A stretch of 64,000 nt of DNA, taken from NCBI GenBank assembly GCA_951406725.2, contig OX597817.1:159340001-159404000 (forward strand), written 5' to 3'. A model generated the notes under the pieces. The model did not search any database. It saw nothing but the letters and a program-made list of their open reading frames with translations, and was not told where the DNA came from. This document shows positions 13,147 to 27,323 of the stretch, piece after piece (the stretch's first letter is position 1; every line of letters starts with the position of its first letter). This stretch comes from Octopus vulgaris. Taxonomy: Eukaryota. The position numbers and the translations under genes were made by a program.

Positions 13147-13261
13147 CAGGTATCGGCAACATTTTTCGAGAAGCGGGCCACACTACTAACAAAAATTCAA
13201 AGTATTTTTCGCTAGATGTACCATTCAGAAAGTCCTGCGGGCCGCAATTTGCCTGTGACTG
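13147..13261. mobile_element. Short hAT-type MITE
   Basis: CAG...CTG ends, GCGGGCC subterminal motifs and a degenerate 8-bp TSD GCATAAAT/GCTTGAAT. Confidence 0.55.
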
Positions 13262-13721
13262 GCTTGAATAAACAGATAATTAAACGTGAATAAAATCTTT
13301 ATAAGTTACACCATCAAAATCGTTAGCAAGTCGCTTCACTTGAGTATGTTTACAGTAACAGAGGTCATGCGATAACTTCATTATATCGGACTGTTTTAAG
13401 GATTTAATGGTGTAGACAAATTATGCAATAATTTCTTTACGATAATCAGAAGGAGTTGAAAGGTAATGTAGTCCCCCACCTGACATCACACATAAGCTTG
13501 ATGCAGTAGATGTTCTGCGTGAACGTGTCAGAAAACGTGGTTGTTTTTGAAGGGTATGCTTAAATGGAGAAGATAAACAACTTAAGAGCAGCGACCATTG
13601 TAATAGCGATAGAACAGGCAGGGGGGAAAACAGTGCATACGTGTTTTAAACGGTTTGGGGCTTGAATATTTGTCAATTCGTTGAATGGCCTTTATTTTAT
13701 TTTTATTTTGGATGTAGACTT

Positions 13722-13757
<36 letters not shown>

Positions 13758-14327
13758 AGGGGGGAGAGCAGTATTGTCCCATAGATGTGAAAATAGTATT
13801 CGTTGTGATCGACAGACAGCCTTCTTCTCCAGGTTTATATCAGTGCTGGTTTGAGTTAATCTCTGGAGAAAGAAGTTTGAAGACTAGACTCACGATGTTA
13901 GCAAATACCTGCAAAAATTATTACTGAAGGCAGCCACCATAGCGTATGGATGGATATATGTAAATATATTTAGTCTCACACTGAAGGAATTTCTCAGCTG
14001 AAAGCCTGATATAGAGACAGAGTACGTGATAAGCAATCGTAGTATCGCGATTTCAACCCTTCTTACGGTTAGTCATCAGCTGCTGTATGGCTGAGTCACG
14101 TGTTCGCTCTCTTTTAAGTGTAAACAGCTTCCAGAATTCTACCTAAGATCCCATTTTGTGTTTGTGCGTTTGATAACGAATCTCCGACGAAAATGGTAAA
14201 CACCATAACATCATGCAATTATGCACGTGTGTGTATCTTTCTGTTTCTATTTTTCTCTCTCTTTCATTTATCTATTACGTACACACACGCGCGCGCCAAT
14301 CTTTCGGGGGTGTGTGTGCGTGCGTGC

Positions 14328-14358
<31 letters not shown>

Positions 14359-15965
14359 ATGATGGTTGCTCCATCTTCACAGATGATTGCCTCATTTCCT
14401 TGTACTTCCTCATTGTCAGTGGCACATCAGACTTTCCGTCTGTGACCTCTCAGATGACTATTCAGTTCTGCTGCAGAACTGCATAGTTTGAAGCATAGGC
14501 GAGAGATGATAGTTGTAATTTACTGTGCACCTCCAACTGGTTAGGTCTGTAGACGTTGTCACTCTTCCATTGCCAGGACTTTCAGTAGATGGAATGACAA
14601 ATGAGGTCACCATAAAGAGAGACATCTGTACTTAATTGCTGTATAGTGATAGACGCTTGTACAATACGAACAACACTCTCCGAGTCTCCGTAGTTAGTAC
14701 TTAGTGACAGGCCGAAGTGGGATGACCAATAAATCACGTGAAACCGCAGATTTTACATCAGAATGTTTCTCTCCTAGAAGGATGTTCTGACAACAGTAGG
14801 GGTCCCTCATTCCTGATGGTTTTACTGCGCGACTTTGCACCAACCAAGGTTAATTCTGCGGCTCATCGTTCAGGTGGACTGTGATCACATACGCTAGTTA
14901 ACCCGTAACTAGAACCATAACGGGTGTCTCTATTCTATGTGAGAGTAGACCCTAAGAAGAATAGTAGTTAAGAGGTGGTTCCACACTCCTCAAAACACAA
15001 GAACGTGTTACATCAATTTGTGTTGTTGGTAGAATTCAACGCCAGCTCAAAAGAACTGGGCACATAGCGTTGGGAATTAATCTTGTGCCCCCAAAACTGT
15101 AATCTCTTTGGATGTGTATATTTCAGGTATCGTAGATTGCTATTCTGCAAAAATGTATAAATAGATTTTAAAAGATAATAAAAGTGTGTGTACGTGAGGA
15201 TCTTTACCCCTCTCCTGATAATTTTTTTTGTCTCTCCCTCTTCACAATTGTGATCTACGATGCTTGAAACGTAACCCATATTATTCTCTAAGAGGGTTCT
15301 CGTAATTCCTTGATGGGTTTATATGGCGAGCAGTTTCATGATACAGAGAGATTTTGGTACCAACTGAGATAGTTGAGTAGTGTTTGCTTAAGGAGAGGAA
15401 TGACTTTTTTCCCGTTTTTATCTTATGGTAGCTTAGCAATCGATCTACTTTTAAAATGTTGTTGAAACAAGTAAGCCTTTACGTGGTCGATCGACCTTCT
15501 AGAAATAACAGTCAAATCTCTTTTGGATCATGCCTTTCAATCTTAAAATGATACATTGAATAATGGTAGACGAATATACAGTCTTGTAGGTGAGCGATGT
15601 TTCATAGCGGAAGCCTTTAGCTACAAGGTTTGATCATGGAAGTAAACAACTTGTGTTCTAATAACTTCTCTCTTCAGTCTTAAGTTATCTTTGAGCAGTA
15701 TTCTTTTATCTTCTGTCGCCCCCCCCCATTATATTCGTATCTTAATTTCTCAGGCCTCATAATATTTATTTTTTTCATTACGTTAATCATTATCTTTTAC
15801 TTTCTTTCCCAATTTGTAAACTATTTCTTCTCTTTTGTTGTTTCTAAATTCTCTACAACAACTCCGGGGACAGAAAAATTGTATCTTTTCTGTGGTAAGA
15901 TTCATTTCTGAAATTCCTTATTGATTTGTTATGTCAATATATCTGAAGAAGCAAAACTAAAATAT

Positions 15966-16354
15966 GGTACCCACCTCAACAATCGGATTTTTGTTTCCAT
16001 ATAACTTTCTGAAAAATACATATTTTTAAATGAAATTTTGCAGAGAGATATATTTTCGAGGCCGTACATTATGATTATGTTGATAAAATTTAGGGAGTAG
16101 GGGACGCAATGTTTATTTATTTATTTGAGCAGTTTAGAATTTCGCATCAGATCATACATCTATTCCCTCCGATTTGTTTCCATAAATTTCCGTAGTTTTG
16201 CAGTTTTTACACTTTTTTTATAGACTTTTTTTTTTGCTTGAAACACTAACATTTGCGTAATCTAAACTCTTGAAATAGGTATTTTGGCTAAATATAATTT
16301 AAATATATACATTTTTCAGAAAGTTATGAGGAAACAGTTTTAGGTGAGGGATCC
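15966..16354. mobile_element. MITE with ~50-bp imperfect TIRs
   Basis: GTTTCCATATAACTTTCTGAAAAAT near the left end is mirrored by ATTTTTCAGAAAGTTATGAGGAAAC near the right end. No clear TSD. Confidence 0.6.
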
Positions 16355-17851
16355 ACTGAACTGTAGTTCTACCTCAAAAAGTAGGTTCAGTTTTGATTTG
16401 GGTAATTTTCTACGAGAGCAATACGCAATGGAAATGTGGAATGCTTATACATTAAGGCAAGCATTCCTAACATTTAGTGCATTAAAGCGAAAACTGGGCT
16501 TGGCCCTGTTACATACTTTTAGATGGATGTTTTGATAGTTATCGAATCGGTGAGGCACCTTTTTAAAGATTTCACTTTCATGCAGTGAATTAGTGCATGT
16601 CAATATGGCAGACTTACATATCTCGAAAAATCTCCCCTTTGTAGGTGGAACCGCTTAAGACTTCATCTTGCATACATGTCAAGTTAAAATCAACCTGACT
16701 AAACTCGTATTCTCCACCCACCACTGATAGTTGCATGCTTTTTGCTGAGATTCTGAAGCATGTAAATGGAACAGATCAGGCAGCATTGAGAATTGAAACC
16801 GCATGGAATAGTATTACATTTAAGCTCACATTCTTTTATACTTGATACTTCAATGAATATCATGGGAGTTAATCTTGAAATTTATCTGTGGCCTACAAGA
16901 GTGTTAAAGCAGGTGAAGAATAAATCTTGAGCGGACACCAGTTTATTGTCTGCAGTTATTCACAGGATGTCTGGGTTTTATATAATTCAGTCTTTTGAGA
17001 ATTAAACAATGTCTCTTAAGTTCCTCCCTTCCGGGTGTACACATTCATACAGGTTTGCAGGAAATAGCTAGAAAGGTTATGAGAACTACTACTTTTCCCT
17101 TAAGAAAGTAGCAAAAAAAAAAAGGTCCAGATTAACGTTTGCTTTATTAGCTATGCTGTACTTTGCCAAACAGTCGAATCGAATAGGTAAGCTTTTTGTG
17201 TAGTCTTTGACTTGCTAAGAATAGCAGCTTGCTCTCTTTCAAAGCACGCCTTACCGTTTTACAAAAGGACACATTGGATCGGGTATTTCTGCATATATTG
17301 TGCCTAAAATATAAGATGAAGTGGTTACAATTGGAACGCTTTTAATATTAAGTCTTCCTAAGACGGCGAGTTGGCAGAAACGTTACAACGCTGGAGAAAA
17401 TGCTTAGCGGCATCTAATTAGGTTAGGCTCTGATGATGAAGTTAAAAAGTCTGAAAAGTGTATGTGTGCGTGCGTGTGCGCATGAGAGGGAGAGAGGATA
17501 CAGAAGAGGAGGATCAGTTATTTAGCACTAGTTCAGTTCTGATCAGGAAACTCCAAATTAATTTCAAATTTTGGCACAAGGCCAGCAATTTCGGGGGTGG
17601 TGGTGGTAGGGGATAAGTCGATTACATCAAAGTCGACCTCAGTAGCATTTGATCATTTTAATCGGTTCGATCTCCGATCGTTACCAGGTGTAATTTTATT
17701 AGAATCCAGATTGGATTCGAACTAGAAAACTTCTATTTCTAAATTCTAGGGTGGCATGTATCGTTACCCCTCTAGGCCACTGGCCTGGAATTATTTCAAC
17801 ACTTCTCTCAGATTTTAGGTGTTTAATTAGTTATATACTTTTTACATTTAA

Positions 17852-18020
17852 CGTATTTCGTCTGTCGTTACGTTCTGAGTTCAAATTCCGCCGAGGTTGA
17901 CTTTGCCTTTCATCCTTTCGGGGTCGATTAAATAAGTACTAGTTACGCACTGGGGTCGATGTAATTGACTTAATCCCTTTGTCTGTCCTTGTTTAGCTCC
18001 TTGTGGGTAGTAAAGAAATG
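17852..18020 (+). mobile_element. SINE family C, 5'-truncated
   Basis: Core and AAAGAAAT tail, flanked by a TTTTTACATTTAA duplication. Confidence 0.85.
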
Positions 18021-18639
18021 TATTTTATTTTTACATTTAAAACACAATTTTAAGGAACTACTTTATTTTATTTTTTGAACTTTTCCTACCCAGTTCTTTA
18101 ACTCTTGGACATTTTTCAAACGTGCAATAACATATCGTATGATAGATGTTTTTATGTTATGGCACTACACTAAACACGCCAACCTTCATGTTTGTTTGTC
18201 TGACAATATGATACTGTTTTACTTCAGCCAGTTACCTAGAGAAGTTGCTTGTAAAAAAAAGTGTTTACAAGCCCAGCCTTGATCTATTAGAGCAAAACTA
18301 ACGTTGCTATTTATTGACCCATATCACGAGTAATGAAACGTTCCTTAGTCTATTTATTTTTCATTTGTTCATACAGATTTTATAGAGACATGCTGTAGTC
18401 AAGAGCTGTGGACATTTTTATCGTCGTTATCGACAAACGATTGAATCAGCAATATTATAGTACTGTTGACATTTCTAGTGAACAACGTTGACTTTTCTCG
18501 GTGTTTCATTGAATCTCTTATTCTTTTTCACGCCATTGCAATATAAGGATGTGGTTTCTGATTGGACAGTAATTACTGTGTCGTCATCATAACTTACTTG
18601 GGTGTGTCTGTAGGGTGTGTATTTGTGTTGTGAACGTGG

Positions 18640-19329
18640 CTGTGTGTGTCTGTGCTTGCGTGGTTCTGTGTGTGTACTTACGTGGTTCTGTGTGTGTACT
18701 TGCGTGGTTCTGTGTGTGTATGTACTTGCGTGGTTCTGTGTGTGTATGTACTTGCGTGGTTCTGTGTGTGTATGTGCTTGCGTGGTTCTGTGTGTGTGTG
18801 CTTGCGTGGTTCTGTGTGTGTGTGCTTGCGTGGTTCTGTGTGTGTGTGTGCTTGCGTGGTTCTGTGTGTGTGTGCTTGCGTGGTTCTGTGTGTGTGTGCT
18901 TGCGTGGTTCTGTGTGTGTGTGTGTGTGCTTGCGTGGTTCTGTGTGTGTGTGTGCTTGCGTGGTTCTATGTGTGCGTGTGCTTGCGTGGTTCTGTGTGTG
19001 CGTGTGCTTGCGTGGTTCTGTGTGTGCGTGTGCTTGCGTGGTTCTGTGTGTGTGCGTGTGCTTGCGTGGTTCTGTGTGTGCGTGTGCTTGCGTGGTTCTG
19101 TGTGTGTGCGTGTGCTTGCGTGGTTCTGTGTGTGTGCGTGTGCTTGCGTGGTTCTGTGTGTGTGCGTGTGCTTGCGTGGTTCTGTGTGTGTGCGTGTGCT
19201 TGCGTGGTTCTGTGTGTGTGCGTGTGCTTGCGTGGTTCTGTGTGTGTGTGTGTGTGCTTGCGTGGTTCTGTGTGTGTGCGTGTGCTTGCGTGGTTCTGTG
19301 TGTGTGTGTGTGTGTGTGTGCTTGCGTGG

Positions 19330-19364
<35 letters not shown>

Positions 19365-19385
19365 TGCGTGTGTGTATGTGTGTGT
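18640..19385. repeat. Compound minisatellite: GTGCTTGCGTGGTTCT core + variable (GT)n, ~26 units
   Basis: Read directly from the sequence; it explains the overlapping 255-318 aa ORFs. Confidence 0.95.
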
Positions 19386-21097
19386 TCACACGCGCTATCT
19401 TAAGTTTTTCTAATCTTAAATGTTGTGCCATTCTTTATAGTAAGAACTTTTGTCAGTCATATATCCCCCCCCCCCCCCCCACCATAAATTGTCTCTAAGG
19501 TTAATTTTTGGTGCTTGACCACCATACAATGTTTGCTGTTTACTTTTCGTTTTGTCCTCTTGACTGCTCGGGCATTTCATTTTTTATCTCCCTGCTCCCA
19601 ATCGACCCCTGATTTATTTTTAAATCTAAGTCCAGTAGGTTTACTATGGTTGAATTTGAACCCAGAGCAACTTTTCCGTATTTTCTGGCATACAAGTCGA
19701 ATTTTTCAAACCAAAATTTACAACCAAAATCGGTAGGTCTACACCAAGACGACTTTGGAGGACCAAAAATTCCGTGTGAAAGGCTGCAAAATTTGAAAAG
19801 ATAGTAATAATGTTTTGAACGTTTAGTACCACATACCATGCCGATTAGTATGCCTGAAATACGGTGGCTCCGATAGCGAACCAAACCAGTTAGGTTGAGT
19901 CAGTGGGTGGCAAGCCAAACGATCAGAGTATCTTGGAGGGCATCATATCCTTGTCAAAGGCGTTTATTTATCAATGGTTCCACTAATTTCACTGTAAATC
20001 GGTCACAGCGTGGATTGTGCAGCTCATCAATGACCACACACACAGTTGAAAATGATGGCTTCAGTGGTGTGTGACTCAACAATCCAGAGGATTACTGGAC
20101 ACTTTATTATTATTATTTTTTTTTACCATTACTGAAAACTGAAACCAACAGGAAACATCTACGTGGTCGCTTGATATGGCAGAAACAGCAGCTAAATCTT
20201 AAATTTCACACTGCTGTTTTAAAAAGGAAGACATTGAATAATCTAGTTTTAGAATTACAATACAATGCTTGATTAAAAAAAAATGGGATGGTCATGGCTA
20301 AAACGCCTTTGATCATTGTTTAATTCCAGGGCAGCCCTGACCATGCAGAACAATGTCTTAGCTATTAACTGCCAGGGTCCCCACTTAAGGCTTGTAAAAC
20401 AGCTGAAGGATTAACATTACCAAAGACATCAATATAAATGTTTATCTGAAAATAAATATGGTTGTGGCATCCTGCTTTTCTTTTCTTTATTCTTCTCTTC
20501 TCTGACACACAAAGCATTACCTAATTTTCTGTCCAAGCCAATAAGTAATCGTCACTACAATTTTCTTTGCCCTTGGGAAAAACTTTTGGTGGACTGGTGG
20601 TGAATCACCAGTTCAGAGATATGGATCTAGCAACAGCATGTACTTTAGGTTGTTCACCTTGGATCACAGCTTTCACAATTTGTCTGTCACCAAAAGTATT
20701 AGTGACAGTAGTGTCAAAGACCAATGAACAACCCAGGCTGCACAGAAACTAGGTCATCTTGTCTAGACACTTGCTTTTACTGCAATCCCGTTTGATGGTA
20801 TGCATGCATACATACCTACACTCATCCAGCCATCAATCAATCACAATCACTCGCTCCTTTTTGAAACAAACATCATTTTGTTTTCTGAGGTGACAAGATA
20901 ATTCATTTTATTGAAGTTCAAACTCTTCCACAGTAAGAGAGGGATGTCATAATGCATTTTCCTCAACCATATTATAGATATTCCTAGTCAGTGTTTCTGC
21001 ATTCTTTGTATTCCTATATACACCTTGATTATTCTTAGTTTTGCCATCTTGATAGAATTACTTCACTGAGGAGGTTTAATTAGACTGAAACTTGTCT

Positions 21098-21452
21098 GAC
21101 AGAAACGTTAGCACGCCGGACAAAATGCTTAGCGGTATTTCGTCTGGCGCTAACGAGCTGGCAGAAACGTTAGCGCGCCGGACGAAATGCTTAGCGGTAT
21201 TTCGTCTGTCGTTACGTTGTGAGTTCAAATTCCGCCGAGGTCGACTTTGCCTTTCATCCTTTCGGGGTCGATAAATTAAGTACCAGTTACGCACTGGAGT
21301 CGATGTAATCGACTTAATATCTATGTCTGTCCTTGTTTGTCCCCTCTGTATTTAGCCCCTTGTGGGTAATAAAGAAACAGGTATTTCGTTTGTCTATACG
21401 TTCTGAGTTCAAATTCCGCCGAGGTCAACTTTGCCTTTCATCCTTTCAGGGA
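21098..21452 (+). mobile_element. SINE family C with duplicated head and partial second monomer
   Basis: The head is repeated twice, followed by a full monomer and an AAAGAAACAG|GTATTTCG junction into a second monomer. Confidence 0.85.
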
Positions 21453-22264
21453 TTATTTATTCATCATTACACATGTTTCATTTGCTAATAGGAATCACAA
21501 AGTTGTACATGTTTATCCAGCTTGTAATCAATGGGCCCCCTTCCTCCAAAATTTCAGGCCTTGTGCCTATTATAGAAAGAATTTTTGAATTTTACAAAGT
21601 CTTCAGTGACTTTGACTTTGCGGATTTGTGCTTTTTTTTCTTTGCTTTTTTGTTAGGTTTAAGGATTGAGCACCACATTTGTCTTGGATTATTCACTCTT
21701 CACCATTATGACAGGGTGTTTTATATATAATTTTTTTTGAAATGTCTTCTCTAGATTGTTCCAATGTTTGACATATCAAAACAATTACAGTTAAAGAAAA
21801 GAACTAACACAAACAATTTTCTTTTCTTTTATTTATTTTTTTTTTGCAAATGTATATATATATATTTTTTTTTTACTTTATAAAAGATGTAGAGTCACTG
21901 AAATTAACCATGAATGTTAATTCTTCTTCAAAGAATACCAAGAAGGGGAAGAAGAAAAAAAAACAATAAAAAAAATATATATATAACATCAACAAAATAT
22001 GATTTTTCTTTTTGAACAATGAAAGGGTGTTGTTTGCAAATTAGTTCTGGTATTGTTGCAAGAGTCTTTTTAACTATGTTGTTGAAACATGCTATTCAAA
22101 AGTTTAGCAGCCATTGTTTGCAAGAAATGACTAAACATGACAAAGTGAGGGCAGTCTTTGAGATCATGGCAAGAAACACATACGACCTATATATTTCACT
22201 TCAGTTTTCAAAGACGTTTGTACATTGGCAGTTGAGATTTGTTTTGTGTCTTCCTCTCTTGTGC

Positions 22265-22870
<606 letters not shown>

Positions 22871-23559
22871 CACCTCCTCCCCCATCTATATAAACCTATT
22901 GTAATTGTCTCTCCCCCCACCTTTATATTCACTGTTAGTTTTACCATTGTTACTGTTTAGGTGTGTCATTACATATACATAAGTCTTAGTAATCTCATAT
23001 TATCTTATATTTATGACTTGCTTAATGTATCATTCATCTGACTGATCTTAAAGTTAAGATTCAATTAGATAAGACAGGCATCCAATACATTAACTTAGTT
23101 AAAACTTTTTTTTAATTTTTTGAAGAGCTTCTTTACATAAGATTAATCTTAACTTTATATCATATGTTCATATTAGTCATAGTGGTTTGTCACAGTTAAG
23201 AGTTTTAATGTCTTCAAAGACTAACTGTAATAAAACTGGAAATAAGTCACCTATAGAAAACATTCCAAAAATATTTCAGCAATCACTCTCTTCCTTTTAT
23301 TCTCTCTTTCAATATGTGTGAGCGTGAGTTTGTTGATGCATTTCATACGCGTGGGTGTGCTTGTGTGCGTGTCAGCATGTCTTTCGCTGAACACATGTGT
23401 TAGCTGTCTTTTCAGAGCATATCTGTGGGTGTGTATTTGTGCACATATGTATTCCTCTATTTGTACATCATTCATTGTGTATATGTGTGTGTGCATATGT
23501 TGAAGCCCACCTGCTGTACTAGTTGCTGCCAGTTATCAATACATGTATTGGAATGACAC

Positions 23560-23783
23560 GCTGGCAGAAACGTTAGCACGCCGGGCGAAATGCGTGGCCG
23601 TATTTCGTCTGCCGTTACGTTCTGAGTTCAAATTCCGCCGAGGTCGACTTTGCCTTTCATCCTTTCGGGGTTGATAAATTAAGTACCAGTTACACACTGG
23701 AGTCGATGTAATCGACTTAATCCCTTTGTCTGTTCTTGTTTGTCCCCTCTGTGTTTAGCCCCTTGTGGGTAGTAAAGAAATAG
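23560..23783 (+). mobile_element. SINE family C
   Basis: Near-full monomer matching the other C copies. Confidence 0.88.
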
Positions 23784-24299
23784 ATATCTAATCATATCTT
23801 GAACATCGTTGATGGTTGTACAGCCTGGATAAATGTCCACTGGTTCGAATCCCCAAAAACTATTTGTTCAGTGGGTTGGATACTTGGACTGATGAATCAG
23901 CTTATTAGTTTTAACTCCTCATTTGCAATAGTTTTATATTCCAGTGTTAAAACAACAAAATCCAAAAGACTGCTTTGCTCCAAAACATCTTAACTATAGT
24001 TAAAGACAAGCCAATGAGAGACCCTCTATGTGGTTGCTCAGCTAGCTAGAAATAGCAGACCTTCCTCCAAAATTTCAGGCCTTGTGCCTATTGTAGAAAG
24101 AATTATTGAATTTTGCAAAATCTTCAGTGACTTTGACTTTGCGAATCTGTACTTTGTTTTTTGTTTTTGTTTTTAGCTTTAAGGGTTGAGCACCACATTG
24201 GTCTTGGATTATTCACCTGCCTCCATTATGTTTTATATTCAGTGTTGAAGCAACAAAATCCAAAACACTGCTTTGCTCCGAAACATCTTAACTATAGTT

Positions 24300-24642
24300 C
24301 ATCATCATTATTCATCATTGTTCGACTGTGGTCGAGACAATGGAATTTACCATGCTACGCCAGACTTCACGGTCCATCATGGCATTACGGAGGTCCTGTT
24401 GCTGGATGCCTGTATCCCTGGAGATTACATCAGGGTAGGAGAGTGTGCGCCCTCTGGTATTGCGAGTAGATGGCTTCCAGAGGAGAAGAGTAGAAATTAC
24501 TTCTTTTTCAGCTCTACAACAATGTCCAGCAAACTGGACTCTCCTACCTTTCACAAGAGATGACACAGGTGGTAGTTTCCCATATATTTGCATTTTGGTT
24601 GGATGGCGCTTCCACGAGAGATTTTGAGCTCTCATAAGGAGC
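24300..24642 (-). mobile_element. 5'-truncated RTE-clade LINE (3' end of ORF + (TGA)n tail)
   Basis: ORF 24315-24635 reads ...RRVQFAGHCCRA...LLLWKP..RGR..DREVWRSMV, a typical RTE C-terminus. TSD TAACTATAGTT. Confidence 0.88.
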
Positions 24643-24969
24643 TAACTATAGTTAGAGCCAAGCCAATGAGAGACCCTCTATGTGGTTGCTCAGCTAGCTA
24701 GAAATAGCAGACAAAATCTCTCATCACACACATTATCATCTTAAAGAACATAGTGCCTAATTAAAAGCTTAGAAAGATCATGGCTGAAATGGTTTTTATT
24801 AGAGCTGATCTGGAGTTTGACAACTACAGTTAAAGAAGTGTCTGGAGAGGAATTAACATAGATCTCTCACTGTTCTGGTTTCAAATCCTGCCACATTTAT
24901 CTTTTCAGCCATTCAAGATCTATAAAAATCCTTTTGCAGCATAAAGTTTGGTATAAGTGTATATATAGA

Positions 24970-25050
24970 CTAGCAGTATCGCCCAGCGTTGCTCGGGTTT
25001 GTAAGGGAAATAACTATATAAGCATTTTTAGAGAGTTATAGCTAAAAATA
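24970..25050 (-). mobile_element. Helitron 3'-end fragment, same family as 8148-8524
   Basis: Reverse complement of ~8445-8524, including the hairpin and CTAG. Confidence 0.75.
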
Positions 25051-25165
25051 AGTGGTCCACTTTAGCAATTTAAAATTCCTGTTACATAGTATTTGGAAGA
25101 AAGAAACTGAATGATAATGATTGTACAGTGTGTGTGTGTGTGTGTGTAACAATATTACACAATAT

Positions 25166-25555
25166 GGAGGCGCAATGGCCCAGTGGTTAGGGCAGCGGAC
25201 TCGCGGTCATAGGATCGCGGTTTCGATTCCCAGACCGGGCGTTGTGACTGTTTATTGAGCGGAAACACCTAAAGCTCCATGATGCTCCGGCAGGGGATGG
25301 TGGTGATCCCTGCTGTACTCTTTCACCACAACTTTCTCTCACTCTTACTTCCTGTTTCTGTTGTACTTGTATTTCAAATGGCCGGCCTTGTCACTCTCTG
25401 TGTCATGCTGAATATCCCTGAGAACTACGTTAAGGGTACACGTGTCTGTGGAGTGCTCAGCCACTTACACGTTAATTTCACGAGCAGGCTGTTCCGTTGA
25501 TTCGGATCAACCGGAACCCTCGTCGTCGTAACTGACGGAGTGCTTCATTCCATCC
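25166..25555 (+). mobile_element. SINE family B
   Basis: Full length, with TSD ATTACACAATAT. Confidence 0.92.
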
Positions 25556-26559
25556 ATTACACAATATGTATGTCAGATGTATGTTGTATAGCAATGACTA
25601 CTTAAAGTGTTGTGTAGCCGTGACTGCTTTGAATGTGTGTGATACCATACAGCAATGATTGTACAGAATGTGTGTGTTTGTGATGGTGTGTTGTAGTGGC
25701 TGCGTAGAATGTTTGTGATGTTGTGTGACTGTACAGTGTACAGGAAAGGAAACAAAGTTCAAGGATGAGGATGTTAGGGTAGGGGTGGGGTCATAATAGA
25801 GAATCAGTGACATAATGTAAACATTCTGTGAACCTTTCTACACATTTTTACTAACTGCTGATGATTGTAGATACAGAATGACAGAGGAACATCTGTCAGC
25901 CTACAAGTTGTAACTTCAAATCCAATGCAAACATCACATGCTTCTGGACAGAACACTCTTTTCTACATTGCCTCAGTTCACTTTTCTGTTGGAAATATGA
26001 ACCAGATCATTTGGGTATGTTGCTTATAATAATAATAAAAAAAAAAAAAAAAAAAGCTAATATTGTCTTGAGCCCAAGGACTCACAGGACCAGTTACTTG
26101 TATGTGACCAAGACTGGACAACAGGAAATGAAGTGTTTTGCCCAAGAACACAGTAAATTGACTGGACTTGAAATTGAAACCACTATCTTGTAGTTATGGT
26201 TGCAACACCCTACCCACTAGGCCACGTGTCTTCAGGCTGCAATTGACAGGCATACATTTCTCTTTTCATCAATGTAATGCTATGAAACTGGATCGTAACA
26301 CTGGCCATTAAAAGCTCTTTGGTGTTTAAGAAGTATTTAACATTATAGTTGTAGACAAGTTAGATGCTGATGTTGCAATTTTGTTTGTTCAGACCTGGAT
26401 CAGACCTGATCAAGCTGACCTATGATCAAAGACATTTCAGCCATGACCATCCCTTTTTTTTTTTTTTCACAAGACATAGTAAATCTAGGCTTTCATTATC
26501 TAGTGGTGTCTTTACCTTTTCTTTTCTTAAGAATATGTTGCAACTTGAGGATATTAGGG

Positions 26560-26636
26560 CCGTCTGGTTTGCCAGCCCTCAGTCAAAATCATCCAACCCA
26601 TGCTAGCATGGAAAGCGGACGTTAAACGATGATGAT
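26560..26636 (+). mobile_element. SINE family D 3' fragment
   Basis: CCAACCCATGCTAGCATGGAAAGCGGACGTTAAACGATGATGA tail, as at 31020-31076. Confidence 0.75.
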
Positions 26637-26961
26637 TTCACTGCTATTTCTTGAGACATTAGAACAGATTGTTTTGTAATCATATGTGTAACTGCTGTTG
26701 CTACTACTGCCTAAAGTTGTTTTTCTTTAAGAGGTAAGTGTATCTGATGTAATTCTACCATGAACATTTGACCTACAGCTTACTAGATAAGACACTGCTC
26801 TACACAAATCTTCAAGCAGTATTAAGAGAGAGAGAGAGATGTGAATTTAACAACAGAAAGTAATCTTACTACTAAATAGTATCATTAGTTAGTCTAAACT
26901 AACATAATATCAGTGGACTTTCATTCTTGTATGATCATAGTTTTTTTTCCTTTTTTTGTCT

Positions 26962-27323
26962 TTCTCTTTTACTTGTTTCAGTCATTTGACTGCAGCCATG
27001 CTGGAGCACTGCCTTTAGTTGAGCAAATCGACCCCAGGACTTATTCTTTGGCAGCCTAGAACTTATTCTATTGGTTTCTTTTGCTGAACTACTAAGTTAC
27101 GGGGACGTAAACACACCACCATTGGTTGTCAAGTGATGCTGGACACACACACACACATACGATGGGCTTCTTTCAGTTTCCGCCTACCAAATCCACTCAC
27201 AAGGCTTTGGTTGGCCCAAGGCTATAGTAGAAGACACTTGTCCAAAGTGCCATGCAGTGGGACTGAACCTGGAACCATGTGGTTGGTAAGCAAGCTATTT
27301 ACCACACAGCCACTCCTGCACCT
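26962..27323 (-). mobile_element. SINE family A (CpG-decayed)
   Basis: Full length. Most differences from other copies are CG>TG/CA. Confidence 0.88.

Noticed and set aside
18475-19498. Four overlapping ORFs of 255-318 aa; CRISPR-like repeat/spacer look
   Set aside because: The ORFs come from a stop-free minisatellite. The spacers are just (GT)n, there are no cas genes, and the context is eukaryotic.
20560-20800. Possible CRE-type endonuclease relic on the minus strand (SLVFDTTVTNTF)
   Set aside because: One short motif only; not enough to call.
25166-25240. tRNA-Arg-like sequence (also at the other B heads)
   Set aside because: It is a SINE head with no proper acceptor stem and is continuous with the SINE body between TSDs.
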